This document shows, piece by piece, positions 35,934-49,084 of a stretch of 64,000 bases of DNA (positions are counted from its first letter, which is position 1; each line of letters opens with the position of its first letter). Both the position numbers and the translations under genes were made by a program. The notes beneath the pieces are model-generated. The model saw nothing but the letters and a program-made list of their open reading frames with translations, was not told the origin of the DNA and made no database searches. Source of the stretch: Spirogloea muscicola. Taxonomy: Eukaryota. The stretch lies in assembly GCA_009602725.1 (NCBI GenBank), contig WELB01000016.1:635084-699083 (forward strand), given 5' to 3'.

Positions 35934-36447
35934 ATGCATGCCCCAAGGGCCCCCGAGCCCGCCGGCGCCGCCGCCGCAGCCGGCGCCGCCGCCAGCGCCA
36001 GCGCCGTCGCCGCCGCCGCCGCCGCCACCACAGCCGTCCTCGTCGGCGAATGCCCTGCCAAGCCGCTGGTAAGCAAGCACCGCCGCAGGCCCGTCTCAGA
36101 GGCGGCCCGCCTGTTTCTCAGAGGTGCTGCCCGGGAAGGTGGTGAAGGTGGTGAAGATCTTGAAGCAGCGGAGCAGCATAGCCACCCCGCCGCCGCCGCC
36201 GCCGCCGCCGCCGCCGACGACTCGGCCGCCGGCGAGCCCGAGCTGGCGCCGGTTACCAAGCCACGCGCCGGTCGCCGAGCCAGCACCCGCCTCGCAATGG
36301 GCGGTGGCGACCGAGACGAGGCGGCGGATGACAAAAGTGCGCTGCCTGACGCAGCGGACGGCAGCGGCGGCAAGCGTTCGCCACCCGCGGCCGAGCCGCC
36401 GACGAAGAAAGCGGCGCATGCCAGCATACGGACCGGCCCCGTTGCAG

Positions 36448-36492
<45 letters not shown>

Positions 36493-37823
36493 ACGGCGAC
36501 CGCAGGGGAGAGATATGGCAAGCAGAGGAGAATGGCGGCGGCAGCGGGGCCCCGCCAGCGCAGGCGGGAAGCTGCAAGTCGCCTATCAAGTGGACTAAGG
36601 AGCTCAAACATGTATTCAAGAAAGCGGTGGATTTGCTTGGAGGCGCCGCAAGTTAATTTGCCCGGCTTGTTTTCTCGCTGCCGCCCTGACTCGGCCCCCG
36701 CCACGCACGCCGCCGGCGCACCGCGCGCTCACGCCTGTCGCCGCTGGGCTACTGCAGATGCGACGCCCAAGGGGGTGCTGACGGTCATACTTAAAAACCG
36801 GAACGTGAGCGTCGAGGGCATCACGTATCAGCAGGTCGCGAGCCATTTGCAGGTCAGCATTCCCAGCTCGCTCTCTCCCCACCACGGCAGCCGCCGGATC
36901 GCCGGCCTGCTGCAGCCTGCATGGCAGCTTGGCAAGCCACCCGGCAGGCAGTGGGGGCTGGGGGTGAGCCTGGTTCTTTTGCGAGCACTCATGAAGCTGT
37001 TGACGTCCCTGTGGATACTCTGCAGCGGTATTGCGCACTCCAGGCGTCCAGCCCTGGTGACTCTAGGCCTGGGTGAGACACGCCCCCGCGACCACCCCTC
37101 TCATAGCTTGCTCTTCAAGTTCCGCTAAGCACTACACATCATGTTGACAGCAAGTGTCTTTGTCACAGTCAAATTTAATGCTTCCGGGGCTGTCAAGACT
37201 ACAGCAGCAGCAGTGAGATTGCTGCTTGCTGCCGATGCTCTCCCGGCCCTCTCCACGCTGGTGTTGATGCCTTGCCGCCACAACCTCACCTGGACTGTGT
37301 CTGCACCTCTGGTTTTGTGGCCCTGCCAGCTGCGGGCAGTGTACACTTCACACTGGGGAAGCGATGCAGATTCAAATGGAGATGCAGCGCCAGCTGCACA
37401 AGCAGCATGAGGTACAAAAGCCAGGCGTGACATTGCAAAAGATTTCAATCCTTGGCAAGCTATATCAAGCTGTCCGCTCGAGCAGTTGCCTGTGCGCTTG
37501 TCTATAGTTCAGGTTGGGCGGCTGACCCCTCTGAGGGCTGTCCGTCTGCTTGTGGTGTGCCGCAATAGATGCTGTTGCAGCTTAAGGCGCAAAGTAAGAT
37601 CCTGGAGCAAATTATCTTCCACCAACAGCGGGCTGCGAGCTCACTGTTGGCAATCACCTCCACTGGCACTCCTGGCAGCGGCGGCGCCCTGAGTGTGGGG
37701 GGAAAGTTATGGGGTGATTTACTAGATGCGGGTATTGGCAGCGGCAATGCTGCCGCTGATATAGTCTCCAGAGTTACTGGCTTAGAGGAGAGGTTTGACG
37801 CCCTCCTTGTCGCCCTTACGTGA
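35934..37823 (+). CDS. Divergent GARP MYB-CC (PHR1/PSR1-like) transcription factor
   Basis: IKWTKELKHVFKKAVDLLGG / NATPKGVL...ITYQQVASHLQ / RYC (SHAQKYF-class MYB); EAMQIQMEMQRQLHKQHE (LHEQLE-type coiled coil, 37330-37411); last exon from 37569 MLLQLKAQSKILEQI; the start codon is uncertain. Confidence 0.72.
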
Positions 37824-38541
37824 GAGACAAACTCGATTTCGACGAGACAATGTGAACGCTGAAAAACAGCACAAACAAATAAAGACGGCTTTGCTCTTAT
37901 CGTATCGCAAGGAGGAGTACAAGTGTCTTAGCTGTTAATCATGTTCAACATCACAACAGGGGTATGTTGTGTTCCGTGTAGTACATTCTCAAGACAAAGG
38001 AGGCACTTTCTCCAGTTTCTCATTTCAGCCCTAACGATAGCAGGTCACACAGTGTACTGCACTCGATGGATGGTTTATATGTAAGCCCCTCATGCACACA
38101 GCCTATCAGTATTTGACAAGATCTGACAATATAAGCCCAAGCTCTAGTTGCTGCGCTTGTAAAAATGCAAGAGCCACAGCCTCGAACACGATTCATGGGC
38201 ATGGTTTTGTCCAATGCCATTGCTAGTGTTGCTACGGGTCGCTTCCTTGTCGTGGAGCCTTATAACATCATAATTGTGACCAGAAAATACAGGAGCATGA
38301 CGGCTTTCTTTGTATTGGTACCACCTCTGCCAAGTTGCTGTTCGTGGTCAACGGTGAAGCAGCTAGGGTAGAAGCTCATTCGACAAGCACTGCACAACCT
38401 GACCCCATTGAATAGGGCTTGTCCTTGATTAAGTATGATATACCAATGCGTGGACAAAGATTCCAGAAGCCTTTATATCATTGTGGCTTCGACTACTGCG
38501 TTGCAGGGTGGTGAAATATCAGAAAATGAGGCTCTTCTAGA

Positions 38542-41500
38542 GGGGGAAAATTTCGTGTGTTTGAAACATGCGAAGGCCAAATGGCCAAGTACAAAGGCAA
38601 GCACATCTTAAGACCTACATAAACTACAGTAGATTGACCCGCTCAGTAACCACGGGTCAAAACATAAAGGTCGCCACCCGAGCCTGAATACTAGATGGCA
38701 GATACGAAGCCCTTCTGCCACCAACTAGAGCTCGCCCAGCTTTCTGGTGCAAAGAATTAGCCTGAGCACGCTGCAAACAGGCCAAAACTCGTCGTCGCAA
38801 GAACAAACAGATATGCAGCTGGCAAGTCCATCTCAGCCGGGAACACATCTGCATGTCGTGTGTAGCCTAGGTTGGCTATATGCTATGCCTATGAAGGAGA
38901 GTAAGGAAACGAGGACCTGAGCAGCCAAAGATGTCGATTGCCGCTGGCAGGAGCTGATCACATTGGGGGTAATCGGAGTAGTGCTGCAACTTTCTTTGTT
39001 CAGCACTGCCCACTGCGTGGCCAGCGATGTGTGTCGATGCTGGACCTTTATAGGCCTCCGTAACCACAACATCGACCAAGGCCCGTGGTACTCCACCATG
39101 TTGCACGCCCACAATGTTAAGTGTGCGGCGATGATGACGTCCCTGGGCATCCGTGGTGATAGGCATGATGTTTTGTTCACTTCCACGACCGCACGGTACC
39201 CGGCGTCGCGCATCAAACCTGCCAGGGCATCACGGAGGAGGTTGTGGATGCCCACCACTTCTGGTCTGGTGGGGCATCGCAGCATGTGAGTGGCGAGCTC
39301 AGCATCCTCTGCACGGAAGCCGCACTCACACTGGCGCACCCCAATCAGGCAGTTAGGTGGGAGGCCGAGGAAGAGTTGAAGCAACGCCCGAAAGGCATCG
39401 GAGCTGATGCTGAAGGCGCTGGCCACGGCGTGTGAGGTGATCCAGTCTGTGGCTCCAGGTGTGGCGAGGGAAGTAAGTCTTGCCAGGCTCATTAAATTGT
39501 TGTGAATCTCTGGCAGCCTCCTCAAGCTTCTGCGGCGCTCATCTTCCACTGCTGTAACCAGTCTGGATTGTGCCCCTCTATCCGAAGCTTGGGCGAGGGT
39601 CGAGAATGGCGTGAGTAGGGGTTGTATAAAGGGAAAAAGAGCTGATTGCCAAGTCATGGATGCTCCTCAGATCCGCTTGGAAGGGGAAGGAGCTTTCCTC
39701 CACATTTCGTACGGGATTGTGGAGGCAAGGGAAGCGCATGGGAAGCATAGAGGCGATTTGGTTCCAGCAGGCCAGCAAGGCTGCTTGCGCCGTCTGCTCC
39801 AACGACCGGCAGCCGAGGCCGCCCATGCGAGTGGGAAGGGAAGCCTGGAGGGAAGATGAAGCGGAGGGGAAAGAGGAAGATTGTAGAAGGGATGCCAGGG
39901 ACTGCAGCAGGGAGTTGTCGAATTCCTTGTAGAGCTCGCCCACCATGCCCATTGGGGCGACTGTCCGTTGCAGGTAGCATGCCCCTTGGCTGATGCAGCG
40001 GGTGAGAATGGCCAATGCCAGCTGTGTGTCCCCAAGAAGGGAAAGGGAAGGGAGGGGGTACGAGGTGTATTTGGAGGCGTTCCCGCAAGTCCACCGCCAC
40101 GTGAGCTGGTGTGCCGAGGGGGACCTTGAGAATGGCCAGCCCATTGGCAGGGGTCCGGCAGCCGTGGGGGAGCTGAAGGTTGGCGGGGAGACGGAGTGGG
40201 GATCATGCCACGCTCTTCGACGGACAAACCCGCAGGCCCATCAGGTCCAGTTCACAAACGAGCAAGGGGTAAGCCGCCATGACTTCAGCTGGAGGTCCAA
40301 TGATGTGTGTATCATCGGCGTAGGAGGGGAAGAGGAGGTCTGGGTGTTGCCTCTGGGTGCACCGTATAGCCCGACAATGTGCCAAGGCAAACAGGATTGG
40401 GCTAAGGGGATCCCCCTGGCGTGTGCCAGAAGATGACCACGGCATCTTCCACGACTCTCCGGCTTGCCACAGCAGCCGCCCTGGGCGGCCATAGGCCATG
40501 AGGAAAAAGGGTATAAGTGAAGGGAAGTGGTTGCGCAGCTCCTCCATGATGACGCTGCGCTCCACTGTGTTGAAGGCGTTACTGATATCCAGCCCAAGGA
40601 CCATCGTTGAAGGGTCCACGTCGAGAGCTGCGCGGATGCCGTGGACGAGGGCCTCCGCCCCGCAGGACATGCCAGCACCAATTGGTGGGGTAATAGGTGG
40701 CTGGTCAGTTGGGGTTTCAGCTCGCTGCACACGGCCTTTGATGCCAGCCGCATGATAACCTCCGTCATCGCAATGGGTCTCATACCGCCTGTCGACTTCG
40801 CAAGGGCCAGCAGGTGGCTGGAATTGAAGCGTCGGCAATGCGTGGTGGAATGGCAGCCCTGGCGATGTGTCGGCAGGTGGACAGGAACAGGGAGAAGCTC
40901 CTCTCATCCCCATCAAGGAAAAGGTCCTGTAGGTGCTCAAAGAGCCATCCAGAAGGGCCTCCAGACACCATCCGGGGGGCTTTGGTCAGGGCCACACGGA
41001 GCGCTTCTGCCGATAGGTCAAGAGGACTGGGGAGCTCGCCAGCCCAGGGCTCGAGGGGGTGTTGTGGAGGGGGGTTGGAGCTGTCGCAAGATAGCCTCCG
41101 TGGCGTCATTGGTATTAGCCAGGGTTCAGGGCAAAGGGCCTGAGCGGCCCAGGAAAGTTCTCCTGCCCTGCCAAAGCGTCTTACGAACGCTTAATTGCCA
41201 GCTGTGGACTGTTGAGAGCCCACTCTCTGATCCATTGCGCGCTCGCCGCTGTGAGAGCGCGACCCGAGCAGCTGCTGGACGCTGCTGAGCCAAATCCTCC
41301 CATTTTCCACTTGTAAGTGCAGCCAGGCTGTCCTGGAAAGTCTTGCGGCCACTGACGCCGAAGGAGGGAAGATAGCCAAGAACAAGCTTGGGAAAAAGCA
41401 TGTACAACGCCCAGGCCGCCTCGTCCATAGAGTCCGCTTCGATGCGTGCGAGGTAAGGCATAGAAACCTTGGTGCACTCACGACGTGCCCATCTGAGAAT

Positions 41501-41908
41501 GTGGCGTAGGTTTCGAAGGCCGTCAGGGATGAGAAGGGGGGTGAGGTCCACTGGGGCAGCCCATTGCCAGCTCTCTGAAGAAGGGGGTGGTGGAGGCCGG
41601 ACGGTGCCAGGCACTTGTGAACTTGCTGCCAGCTCCTCGCGATTCTGGCGATTGCGGCAGTGATAGGCATGGACTGGCAGCCCTCTCGTGTTAAAACGTT
41701 GCTGGCATACTGGGCAAGGGACTCTCTGGTCTGGCGCATTTAGGAGGCCCGTGTGGACTGGGCTCGGGTCGTGAGACCGACCCTGCCGATAGCGAGGTCG
41801 TTCTTGATGGTCACCAGCTGGATTGCGTCTCACGACAACAGGTCGAGGTAGCAAGGGAGGTGGAGGTACGGGTAGAGGTAACAGGGGAGGTAGAGGAGGC
41901 AATGATGG

Positions 41909-41940
<32 letters not shown>

Positions 41941-43078
41941 CAGGTGGTGGTGGTGGTGGTGGTGGTGGTGGTGGTGGTGGCGGCGGCTCCGGGACGGGGA
42001 CTGGTGCAGGCACTGGTAAGTGCACAGCTGGAGCTTGGGGAAGAGATGGGCGTTGCCTTCGAGTCGAGAGTAGATGCAGCAGACTTTGCGGCCGGCAGGA
42101 AAGAAAGGGCCCGTCCGCAGTAGAGGAGTCGCTTGACTGTGATGGGCTGATGACTACTCCGACTCGGGGGTTCCATGTTGTTGGGGCCTCGGACTCTGCA
42201 TCCGAGGAGGCCGAGCCGGGGTGCGTAAGCCGAGCTATCTCATCAGGAGCAGGGACTGCAGGAAGGGGCTCGGGCTCCACAGCCGTCGTCGGGGAGGAGC
42301 TTGAAGAAGCTGAAGGGGGCGTTGAAGGAGTGGGAAGGTCGGCCACTGAGGCAATGGCAGCCCTCGTTGCAGCAGTCGAGCTGCGGGTGCCGTAAGGGCG
42401 AGGGGCGCGCCGCGACGGGCTGCGCGCCTCTCCGCGACTTTGGCAGCCGCCGCCATGGCGGTGGTGTCGGCCAGTGGGCGGTGGGCGGTGGGCGGCGGCG
42501 AGCAGCGGCGGAGGGGGCGGGGCGGGGGGGGGAGGGGGGCGTTCAGAGGCAAAATGAAGCTCTTCTAGCGGGAGGGGGGTGGCTGTGAAGCGACCAACTT
42601 GTGACAAGGCGATGCCGTTTATGGTACACCCAACTGCAAGCCGCAGCCGCCACTGTCACGCTTTGCGGGGATTTGCTGCGGCTCCCGTGTGGAGCTGCTG
42701 CCGCCGCCGCTGCCGCTGCTGCCGCTGTGGCTGCTGCTGGCAACCTCACTACGCGACCATCGTACTGCCACGCTTGCAGTGCGCTCTGCTGGGCCGGCGC
42801 GGATCGGTGGCGTGCGCCCTAGTGAGTGCAAGGGAGCAAGCCCCTCCAGCCCCTCAAACCCTGACCCCGGCGGCACGCCCTAGCGCTGCCCAGCCTGGAT
42901 CTCACGGGTCGGCGCCAACCCCAACGGTGGAGTTCCAATCGATCCACCAACCGCTAAGATCACCGGACTCCCTAGCACAGGGATAAACCCTGAGCCCCTC
43001 GGTACCCCGCCGACACTCCACTGTGTGGGGGCCTCATAATGCGCGCATGGAGGTGGTACCGCGCGGCTCCACACATTT
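38542..43078 (-). mobile_element. Near full-length, frameshifted CRE-clade non-LTR retrotransposon (Zn finger, RT, restriction-like endonuclease)
   Basis: CPVCQQRFNTRGLPVHAYHC; RPIAMTEVIMRL; GAEALVH; LDISNAFNTV; GTRQGDPLSPILF; YADD; GGLG; CECG...HMLRC...HNLLRD; VDVVVT...EQRK...HY; PAAIDIFG; split over several frames; flanked by ttctaga at 38535-38541 and 43079-43085. Confidence 0.88.
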
Positions 43079-44089
43079 TTCTAGAACCTACATCATACGA
43101 GCTAGCAAGAGTCTCAGATTTCTCACAGCATGACCATCTCTCTTTCATCTTCCTCCTGCACCTTGACCAACTCGTCGTCTTGTGTGCTGGAAAGCGCACC
43201 TCATCTGCCTTCCTCTGGATATAATTTAAAGCTCAAAGACGTTTCAATGATACGAAACCTTGCAGCTGCCCGTCCTCCGTATGCTGGCAAGAGTCCAGCA
43301 GCTCAGCTGAAATGTCTCCTCCGAGGGGGCTGTCAATAACAAGCCCAAGAGAGCAATTAGACTTATGGGCCAGAAGGGTCTAGAATGTTGGCCCAGAAGG
43401 GTCTAACAAGAAGGAGAGTTGCCTAGTCTACAAGGGGGCCCAAGCCCTGATGGCGAGCTCAGCAGCTGCTAGTTTCTTCCCTATTTTGAAGAGCAGATAT
43501 ATGTACGTGCAAGGACCTCCATGTTCGAGCCCTAAGCCCAGGCTTTCCATCACCCGCTTTCCATCACCCGCGTCATGTTGGCATATCTGCGAAGGGCCAT
43601 CAGCCCGTTGGGAGCAGCATTTTGGTCGTCCGCGTCAACAGTGACAGGACATGAGAGCCATAGCTGCATCAGGTGTAAAGAGAAGTGAGCTCTTCCAAAG
43701 CTCCTCCGAAGCTTTTCCAGTAGAGGCCAATAGCTGTGAGTGGCCAGCGCAGAACAAATGCATAGATTTCGAAGAGGCCAGTACTGAAGGAGGCGGGGGC
43801 TGTAGAAAGCCAGCCCACAAAAGCTGAGCACCTGCGAGGCGGCTTGCTGGCCCATGTCGGGTCGGAAGCTGACAAGTGCAAGCGCGGGCTCCCGCTCGAC
43901 GACAGGGGTTTGCGGTCCCATGGCGGCGCAGCAGGAGCAGCCAAACGCTGCGGCGGCGGCGGCGGCGGCGCCTGAACTCCCAGGGTAGCCAGCCGAGGAG
44001 CTCCTGCCAGGCGGTCTGCTGGCCCCTGCTGGGGCAGAAGCCGACGCGTGCGTGCGCGGGCGCCCGGTAGGCGACAGCGCTCTGCGGTG

Positions 44090-44620
44090 CCAAGAGAGCC
44101 TTAGCACCTCAAGCCGGCGGCCCGTCTCCCTGAGCTGCTGCACGATATGCAGCTGGGGCTCGCCATGCTGACGCTCAGCATCGCCCAACGTCCCCTGTAC
44201 CTGGCTCAAGCCCTCCACCCCTCCCCGGCAGCGCAGGCCGCCTATGAAAGCTTTGAAGTAGGTATCCTGGCCAGCACAGCGGCCCTTGTCCAACACCCGA
44301 CCTTTCTGGAGACGCCGGCTGCAGTTCACCAGGACTGCCTGCCTGTGAGCCGAGGGGGTCTGGGCTGCCGTCCGCTGGCTCGTGCCTGCCGGGCAGCGCA
44401 CCTGGGGAGTATTGCAGCTTCGGTGGCCCAGCGTTTCATCCGGCATGGGGGTCGCCTCCTGGAGCAGGCGGCAGTGGACGTGGAGACTGCTCGTTGCCAT
44501 TTCAGGCGGCTCTCCGCTCAGCCCGGGATGCGCTGCTTGCGAATTACCCCGCCCTGGTGCCACGGGCCGTCCCGTTTGCACTCCTCGCACGCACGGCCGA
44601 CCTCCGGGCCCGATCTCGCT
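44090..44620 (+). mobile_element. Internal (post-RT) fragment of a second CRE-like element
   Basis: QLGLAMLTLSIAQRPLYLAQ...LPVSRGGLGCRPL parallels QLALAILTRCISQGACYLQR...LPTRMGGLGCRSL at 39.6-40.1 kb. Confidence 0.65.
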
Positions 44621-45994
44621 TCATGGCGGACATGCTCAGGTGTATCAGATCATTCAAACCATGAACCATTCTATTTAGTCTGCATGCTCTGCATGTATTA
44701 GTGGGTTATATGACCTGATCGGAATGACTGGTTCCACATAATAGCAGGTTGAAGTTGTAGGTTGTAGTTGCATGTTGTACTAGCAATGCGATTGCTACTT
44801 GTCATTGGCATTTGACTTCACAAACCATTGGAAACAACCTCCATCAAAGATGGACTTAGCAATCACTTCCTTATCTTGGGTATAGAAGGAGCAGATATTG
44901 GCGCAGATAGAAGACGCGTGGTGCGCATGACGAGACCAGGAGTTTGAAGCTTTGACGCTCTCAAGTGTTCTTCACATCACAAGCTCGCACTCCTCCGCTT
45001 ATGCCGACCTCTAGTGCATTCAACCTCTCAAACACGCCCCTGCAGAGGATTACGAAGTGTCGTCCATGTCGACAACTGCAAGTATGCATGACCCTGCGCG
45101 CTATTAGGACATTGCCTTTGAGCATGACCAAGCTTCTAGTGCTGCTCTTGCTGCACGATTCATCTCGTGCACCTCTACAACCTTCTTGTACAACAAAATC
45201 ATGCTGGCCAGCTCGTCAAGGGCGATCGTACCTCCTGACATGTGCCGTTGCAGCCTCTTTATGTCGGCAGTATTTTCCCAAGAGTGAAGCGCATAATCTT
45301 GCTTCCTACAAGCATGTCGTCGATTTTCTCCTCTCGGCGCGGCATCTAGTAGATGGCTAGTACTTTCATTGAGCCAGACTCCATGGATGTCATCTTTGAC
45401 TGTCCATCCTGTCCCCCCCCAGTCCCTCATTTCAGGCTGGCTCCTTACAGCCAGCGCATCGAGCCCAGTTCCTCTCCACCTTCAGTGGCAGATCGACCCT
45501 CGGCACTTCAGCAGCCACTTTGGCTATGCCATCTTTAGTAAGAGACGCGCAGCTTCTACATATTTGACCTCCCATACCAAGGACGCACATTGTTGGGCCC
45601 CACCGCTTTCCCCTCCGTCGAGAGGCATCCGTGCGCTCGTAAGCTGGATGCTTTCTGGACAATCGTGCTAGCCTGCGGTGGCTTCACTCTGATAAAGGCT
45701 CTCAACACCAACATCAAAGTCCTTCAGCTGAACGGCATGCACTTAACGCCTCTGAAGGATGCTCTGTGCACGCACGCAATGATCATCACAACTTTGGGCA
45801 TTACTCTACGCAAGCAACGCTGGAGTCATGCACCCCATGAACAGATGAGCGAAATTGCTCAAGCCTCGGTACATCTTAATCAGAGTGCTCTGAGTGACAG
45901 TCAAATCGGTATCCACGATATGTCGTCACGCCTCCGACCCACTTGAGTGGAGCCTCTCCACTCTGGCAACTCTCTAGGTGCGCACCACTCCACA

Positions 45995-46912
45995 TCAAAC
46001 GTGATATGTCAATGTCCTCGGTCTGCGCCGTAGCCAGTGATGGTGGCAGCCGTGATGGAAGCGCAGCCTCCTCAGCCCAGGGCACGCCACGACAACGGCT
46101 TGGGCAGACTCTACAGTAGGCCTCCCGCAATCGCGCAGGCAGACATCCCGCAGGAGCGGGCAAGCCAGGGCCAGCTGCCTGATGCCATCGCTCGTGACGC
46201 TGCGGCAGCCTTGCAGGCGTATCCTGAAAAGCTGGCGCATATATCTGGCGATGGATTGCAGGCCAGCATCGGTGAGGAGTGGAGCCCTCCAATCATCGAA
46301 GGACGGCGACAGTTCCAGCTCCGTGACGCGCCGGCACGCAGCAGCGATGGTTTCTATATCTGCGTCTGCAGCGGATGAGAGGTGATCAGCGTCAGAGTCG
46401 GTCACCCGCAACTGGGTGCAGACCTCCTACTTGGGTACTAATTTCCGGACCCAGCAAAAAGTCTAGCAGCGTGTGGCAGCAGGAAGGCAGCACTTGCCGG
46501 AAGCTGGCGTCTCGGTCAGTGCAAGGCTCTCCAGTGCCGTGAGCCCAGCGACGTCGGCGAGGGGCACGGCGTGTCCCGTGTGGTGCAGTCCGAGCGCACG
46601 GACTGAGCTGCTCAACGTGCACAGAGCCTCGAAGGTGCCCTGCAGGTCCGGCACCTCGATCGTGGGCCAATCGGGGTTGAGCCTCAGCTCTACTCGCAAG
46701 TCTGTGAGCGTCGAGATGGCCGACAGGAGGCGGAGGTTGCTGGGGTGGCGGCGGCACGGCAGGAAGTCGAGGCGGAGGCTGAGGCGCGAGAGAGCCGGGA
46801 AGGTGGCGGCCAGCGCGGGGCCGAGCGCCGGGGGCTTCGCCGGGCCGCCGGCACTGCGCGGCCGGTCCCGCAGCGAGACGGCGGTGGCGGNGTCGTCCGG
46901 CAGGCCGTCCAT
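45995..46912 (-). CDS. F-box/LRR (FBXL-like) protein with a gap at 46891
   Basis: MDGLPDD F-box-type start; LRR units LTALESLAL, DADIETIAAACRRVTELEL, LTDAGLQSIARYMRQLFRIRLQGCRSVTSDGI, ACPLLRDVCLRDC, ACPGLRRL; probable intron ~46413-46495. Confidence 0.7.
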
Positions 46913-47089
46913 GGCGGCCGCGGAGGCTCGGGGGCGCAGGGGCGCGGGGAGAAACGGCGCCCGGGGGCAGCTGCCGGCGGGGCTTGAGCGCCTTGCGGCC
47001 GGGGCCCGGTCCCGGGCGCCTCCGCTCCCCGCCGCTCTTCTTCTTCCTTCCCTTGCTCATACCTCTCTATGCAATTTAATTCGATCAAG

Positions 47090-49010
47090 GGGCTCGCTCT
47101 TCCTCTTCTGGGCTGACCTCTCACAGCCATCGCCGTGCCGTGAAAGAGCTGATTTGATGTTCTTGGACCTTGTCCATCTACTCGGGGCTGGCCTGTCACA
47201 GCGCTCACGCCGCTTTGGAAAAGCTTCGCGTCCGCCCTGTTTGGAAGAGCTTCCATTTCTTATTCCCTTTCTTGCTTCTGCACTTTCCTTTCTTCCGCAC
47301 TCTGGGGAAGAACGCCTCCTCGCCATGTATCTGCCATCTAGTATCCAGGCATCGGTTAGCGACCTTTATGTTTTGACCCGTGGTTTCTGAGCGGGTCAAT
47401 CTACTGTAGGTTATGTAGGTCTTAAGATGTGCTTGCCTTTGTACTTGGCCATTTGGCCTTCGTTTGTTTCAAATACACAAAATCTTTCTCGCCGCCGTCG
47501 ACTCATGCAGACTCTCCTGCGCCGCAAGAAGGCTGCAGGGTGCGGCGGCTGGGTGGAGGGGCGGCACCCGGGGGCGCTGCCGCGGGGCTTGGGCGCGCCG
47601 GCGACGCGGGCCTCCGCGCCTTGCGGCCGGGGAGAAAACGGGGAGGCACCCGGGCCCGGCCCGGGCTTCTCCGCTCCCCGCCGCTCCGGCCCTTTATTTT
47701 CATAGCGCTTTGTTCGCCGCCTCAGCGGAGTGCCTACTTCCCTGCAGCGTCAACTCTTTTCGGGCTGGCTTCTCACAGCCCTTGCCCCCATTGGGAGAGC
47801 CACTTCTTCCTGCAGCGAGCTACTCAAATCTGATGTTGCTCACTCGCGGGTACTTAGCTTTCCTCTGCATCGTCTTGTGTTCTGTAGTGTAGTCCTTTTC
47901 TGGCTCCTCTTTCTTGGGCTTTGGACTTTGTCCATTCTTTTTGGGCTGGCTTTGCCAGCCCCTCCTCCATGGGCGAGCACTTTCTGTCTTTAGGCCCCTC
48001 CGTCATTTGGCCCCCTCAAACCTTCGTCATTTTTTTTCGGACTGGCTCTTCACAGCTCTTGCCCTCATTAGGAGAGCCACTTCTTCTTTCTTCTCTCGCT
48101 CATTCCGCAGTCCGCCAAGCGGCGGGCGCAAAGGAACGAAAATACTCAAATCACCCGGTGGGAGACGAGTTTGTCCCACTCGCCGTCGACGTACACGGAG
48201 CCTTTGGCACAAAATGGCTTGACCTGCTTCATCGCCTTGCACGGCGCGCAGTGGCCCGCCGCCACGGGCAGCAGAGCGAGCAGCCTGGCTTCAATGTTGC
48301 AGGGTCCCTCGCTCAAGTCTTCCGGATGCGCTTGGCCATCTCTTTGCAGCGGTCCCTTACCTTTGCGGTTCACTTGCATTCAGGCCGCGCTTTGGCTGCG
48401 GCCTCCGGCTTCCGTCAGGGCGACGTCTATGGCCTGCTAGCTATTCCGACTTGCATCTACTGACTAGAGGTCACTGAGAGTCCCCTTGCTGTTGTCTTAG
48501 TATTTAGCACTCCGGTTTCTTCGGAGACTGTCCATTCCTTTGGGCTGGCCTCTCACAGCCACCAATCAATCTGGCCGCGCTTCCTTTTCCATTGCTTTAT
48601 ATCGATTGGCGGGGTCGCTCTCCCCCTCTTGAGCTGACCTCTCACAGGCTCCTCACTCGTTATTGAAAATTTATCCTATTCCAGGTTTGAGATAGCGCTT
48701 CTGGCCCCTTTGTGATTTGGCCTCTTTGAACCTTGTCAATTCTTTTCGGGCTGACTTCTCACAGCCCTTGCCCCCATTGGGAGAGCCACTTCTTTCTCAC
48801 AGCCATTGCCGTCCCCTGAAGGAGCTGATTTGATGTGCTTGGACCTGGGCAATTGTATCGGGCTGACCTGTTACAAGCTTCGCGCCGCTTTGGAAAAGCT
48901 CACGTCCGCCCTTTTTGTAGGAGCTCACCAATTTCTTGCTTCCGCACTCTGGGGAAGAACACCTCCTCGCCGCCGTCGAATCTGCAGACTCTCCTGCGGC
49001 GCAGGGCTCG
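47090..49010 (+). mobile_element. Nested cluster of truncated CRE-like copies and tail units from both tail families
   Basis: 47330-47490 matches the 3' UTR of the 38.5-kb element; 48100-48463 encodes KERKYSNHPVGDEFVPLAVDVHGAFG; at least 7 hairpin units; 47095-47310 is duplicated at 48790-48995. Confidence 0.75.
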
Positions 49011-49084
49011 GCTAGAAGGGCTCGGCTACACCTGCTCGGTCGCTTAAGAAGAAAGCGCGGCCAGACTGGTGGCTGACTGGTGAC

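Noticed and set aside
91..37823. Phosphate-themed cluster (PGP phosphatase, MINPP, PHR-like factor)
   Set aside because: The genes are far apart with unrelated genes between them; no evidence of co-regulation
38545..38700. Conserved structured non-coding segment as an snRNA or tRNA target gene
   Set aside because: No recognisable snRNA or tRNA motifs; it directly follows the element ORF and recurs with truncated copies, so it is best read as a 3' UTR
44960..45950. Several 100-130 aa ORFs between repeats
   Set aside because: No recognisable motifs or coherent splice model
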